Below are positions 63,058-64,000 of a DNA stretch of 64,000 nucleotides, piece by piece; positions within the stretch are counted from its first letter, which is position 1, and each line of letters opens with the position of its first letter. This stretch comes from a virus (Duplodnaviria; Caudoviricetes), in the IMG/VR virus record IMGVR_UViG_3300006805_000023; one strand, 5' to 3'. Position numbers and translations under genes: made by a program. The notes beneath the pieces are model-generated. The model searched no databases, was not told where the DNA came from, and saw only the letters and a list, made by a program, of their open reading frames with translations.

Positions 63058-63305
63058 AAACCAAGACCACCTACCCCGACGTTTACGAAGGCTCATCCAA
63101 GTCCAGAGACTATGCGATCGACATGGCAGCGCACGTGCTGGGAGGCCAGCGCAGCTCGATCAACGAGCGCAACGAGGTCCTGTTCAAGGCTGGTCTCTAC
63201 AAGTTCGCCTGGGTCAACTCCGGCGGCATTATCTCATCCAAGGGCCTGCCAACGATCACCCTCCCATCCAAGTTCAAGTTCACCAAAGTCACCACCACAA
63301 AATGA
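63054..63305 (+). CDS. Hypothetical protein
   Basis: Start MKTKTTY; ATGA overlaps. Confidence 0.6.
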   Translation: MKTKTTYPDVYEGSSKSRDYAIDMAAHVLGGQRSSINERNEVLFKAGLYKFAWVNSGGIISSKGLPTITLPSKFKFTKVTTTK

Positions 63306-63607
63306 GCGCCCTCCCCATTCCCGCCCCATCAGTTACCCGCTACATCATGGTCACGTCCCACTGCCACTATGGCTACGTGGTGTCCGACGGGAACTACGGG
63401 CATAGCATGAAACTCCTCTCCTCCATCATGGCGTTGATCCGTGCGGAATTCCCAGACGTCACCCTCGACGACGATCTCTTTGACGTCTTCCGGGTCTCCA
63501 AGTCCTCACGGATCGAGGGCATGTGGGGACTGATGTTCAAGCTCCCGCTTGGGACCATGCACGTGAGGTATCAGACCGTTAACCAGCTCCCCTTCTCCAT
63601 CCAATGA
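63302..63607 (+). CDS. Hypothetical protein
   Basis: ORF track. Confidence 0.65.
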   Translation: MSALPIPAPSVTRYIMVTSHCHYGYVVSDGNYGHSMKLLSSIMALIRAEFPDVTLDDDLFDVFRVSKSSRIEGMWGLMFKLPLGTMHVRYQTVNQLPFSIQ

Positions 63608-64000
63608 GAACCATCGACCAGGACACCTTCAACGTCCTCAAGCGGCTGCTCGACCGCCTGCTGAGCCTGAGCCCGACGGGTGAGATCGGTAACGGCACCG
63701 TGGCAACCCTCAGAGCAGAGGCCGACGAGGTCCAGAAGTCGCTGGGAATGTCGCTGCGTCCGGCCCTGGGTGGGCAGACCCGCTATTGCGACGTTAAGCC
63801 TGGGGACTTTTTCATCATCCACACGGCCAACAACCGCATCCTGGTCCACCAAGACGATAAGGACACCAAGTGGAGGGGTATGAAGACCCACTCCGGACAG
63901 GCGCTGATCCGGGCCAGACCGCGCAGTCTGGCGAGCGGCTGCTTCCTGAGCATCGACCAGGAGCGCGACGTCGAGATCGTCACGGTTGAGGAGGCCAGTC
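63604..64000 (+). CDS. Hypothetical protein, truncated by the window edge
   Basis: Manual translation MRTIDQDTFNVLKRLLD... open to the end. Confidence 0.6.
   Translation, partial: MRTIDQDTFNVLKRLLDRLLSLSPTGEIGNGTVATLRAEADEVQKSLGMSLRPALGGQTRYCDVKPGDFFIIHTANNRILVHQDDKDTKWRGMKTHSGQALIRARPRSLASGCFLSIDQERDVEIVTVEEAS

Noticed and set aside
1-64000. Genome-wide TAG reassignment (code 15)
   Set aside because: Long genes are intact in code 11 and coding density is high; many TAG stops abut convergent genes or new promoters. Only pth2 looks interrupted.

Overview
64 kb, GC-rich, densely coding segment of a large T4-like/jumbo myophage genome. Virion genes: a gp21-type prohead protease fused to a scaffold region (runs off the left edge, so the ORF track misses it), a gp19-like tail tube, a gp14-like head closure protein and a gp6-like baseplate wedge. 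These are interspersed with nucleotide-metabolism genes, glycosyl/methyltransferases, an SbcC/gp46 ATPase, HNH and PD-(D/E)XK nucleases, one tRNA and many small early ORFs. Main observations: (1) a dispersed purine-modification set consistent with 2-aminoadenine (dZ) synthesis: a PurZ-type synthetase, a phage-encoded PurB, an adenosine-deaminase-family enzyme, MazG-like pyrophosphatases, a NUDIX hydrolase and a dNMP-kinase-like protein; (2) a tRNA with a CUA (amber) anticodon 1.3 kb upstream of a Pth2 gene with an in-frame TAG at codon 11; (3) a thyA carrying an in-frame HNH-type insert of about 250 aa without intein motifs; (4) two promoter classes (sigma70-like, and a TA[AG]NTAT late-type box) placed 4-9 nt before start codons, implying largely leaderless mRNAs; (5) a shared ADxLVExLLxE segment on several small proteins, possibly a head-packaging propeptide. 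All family calls come from motif recognition by eye; no searches were run. The host cannot be determined from this window.
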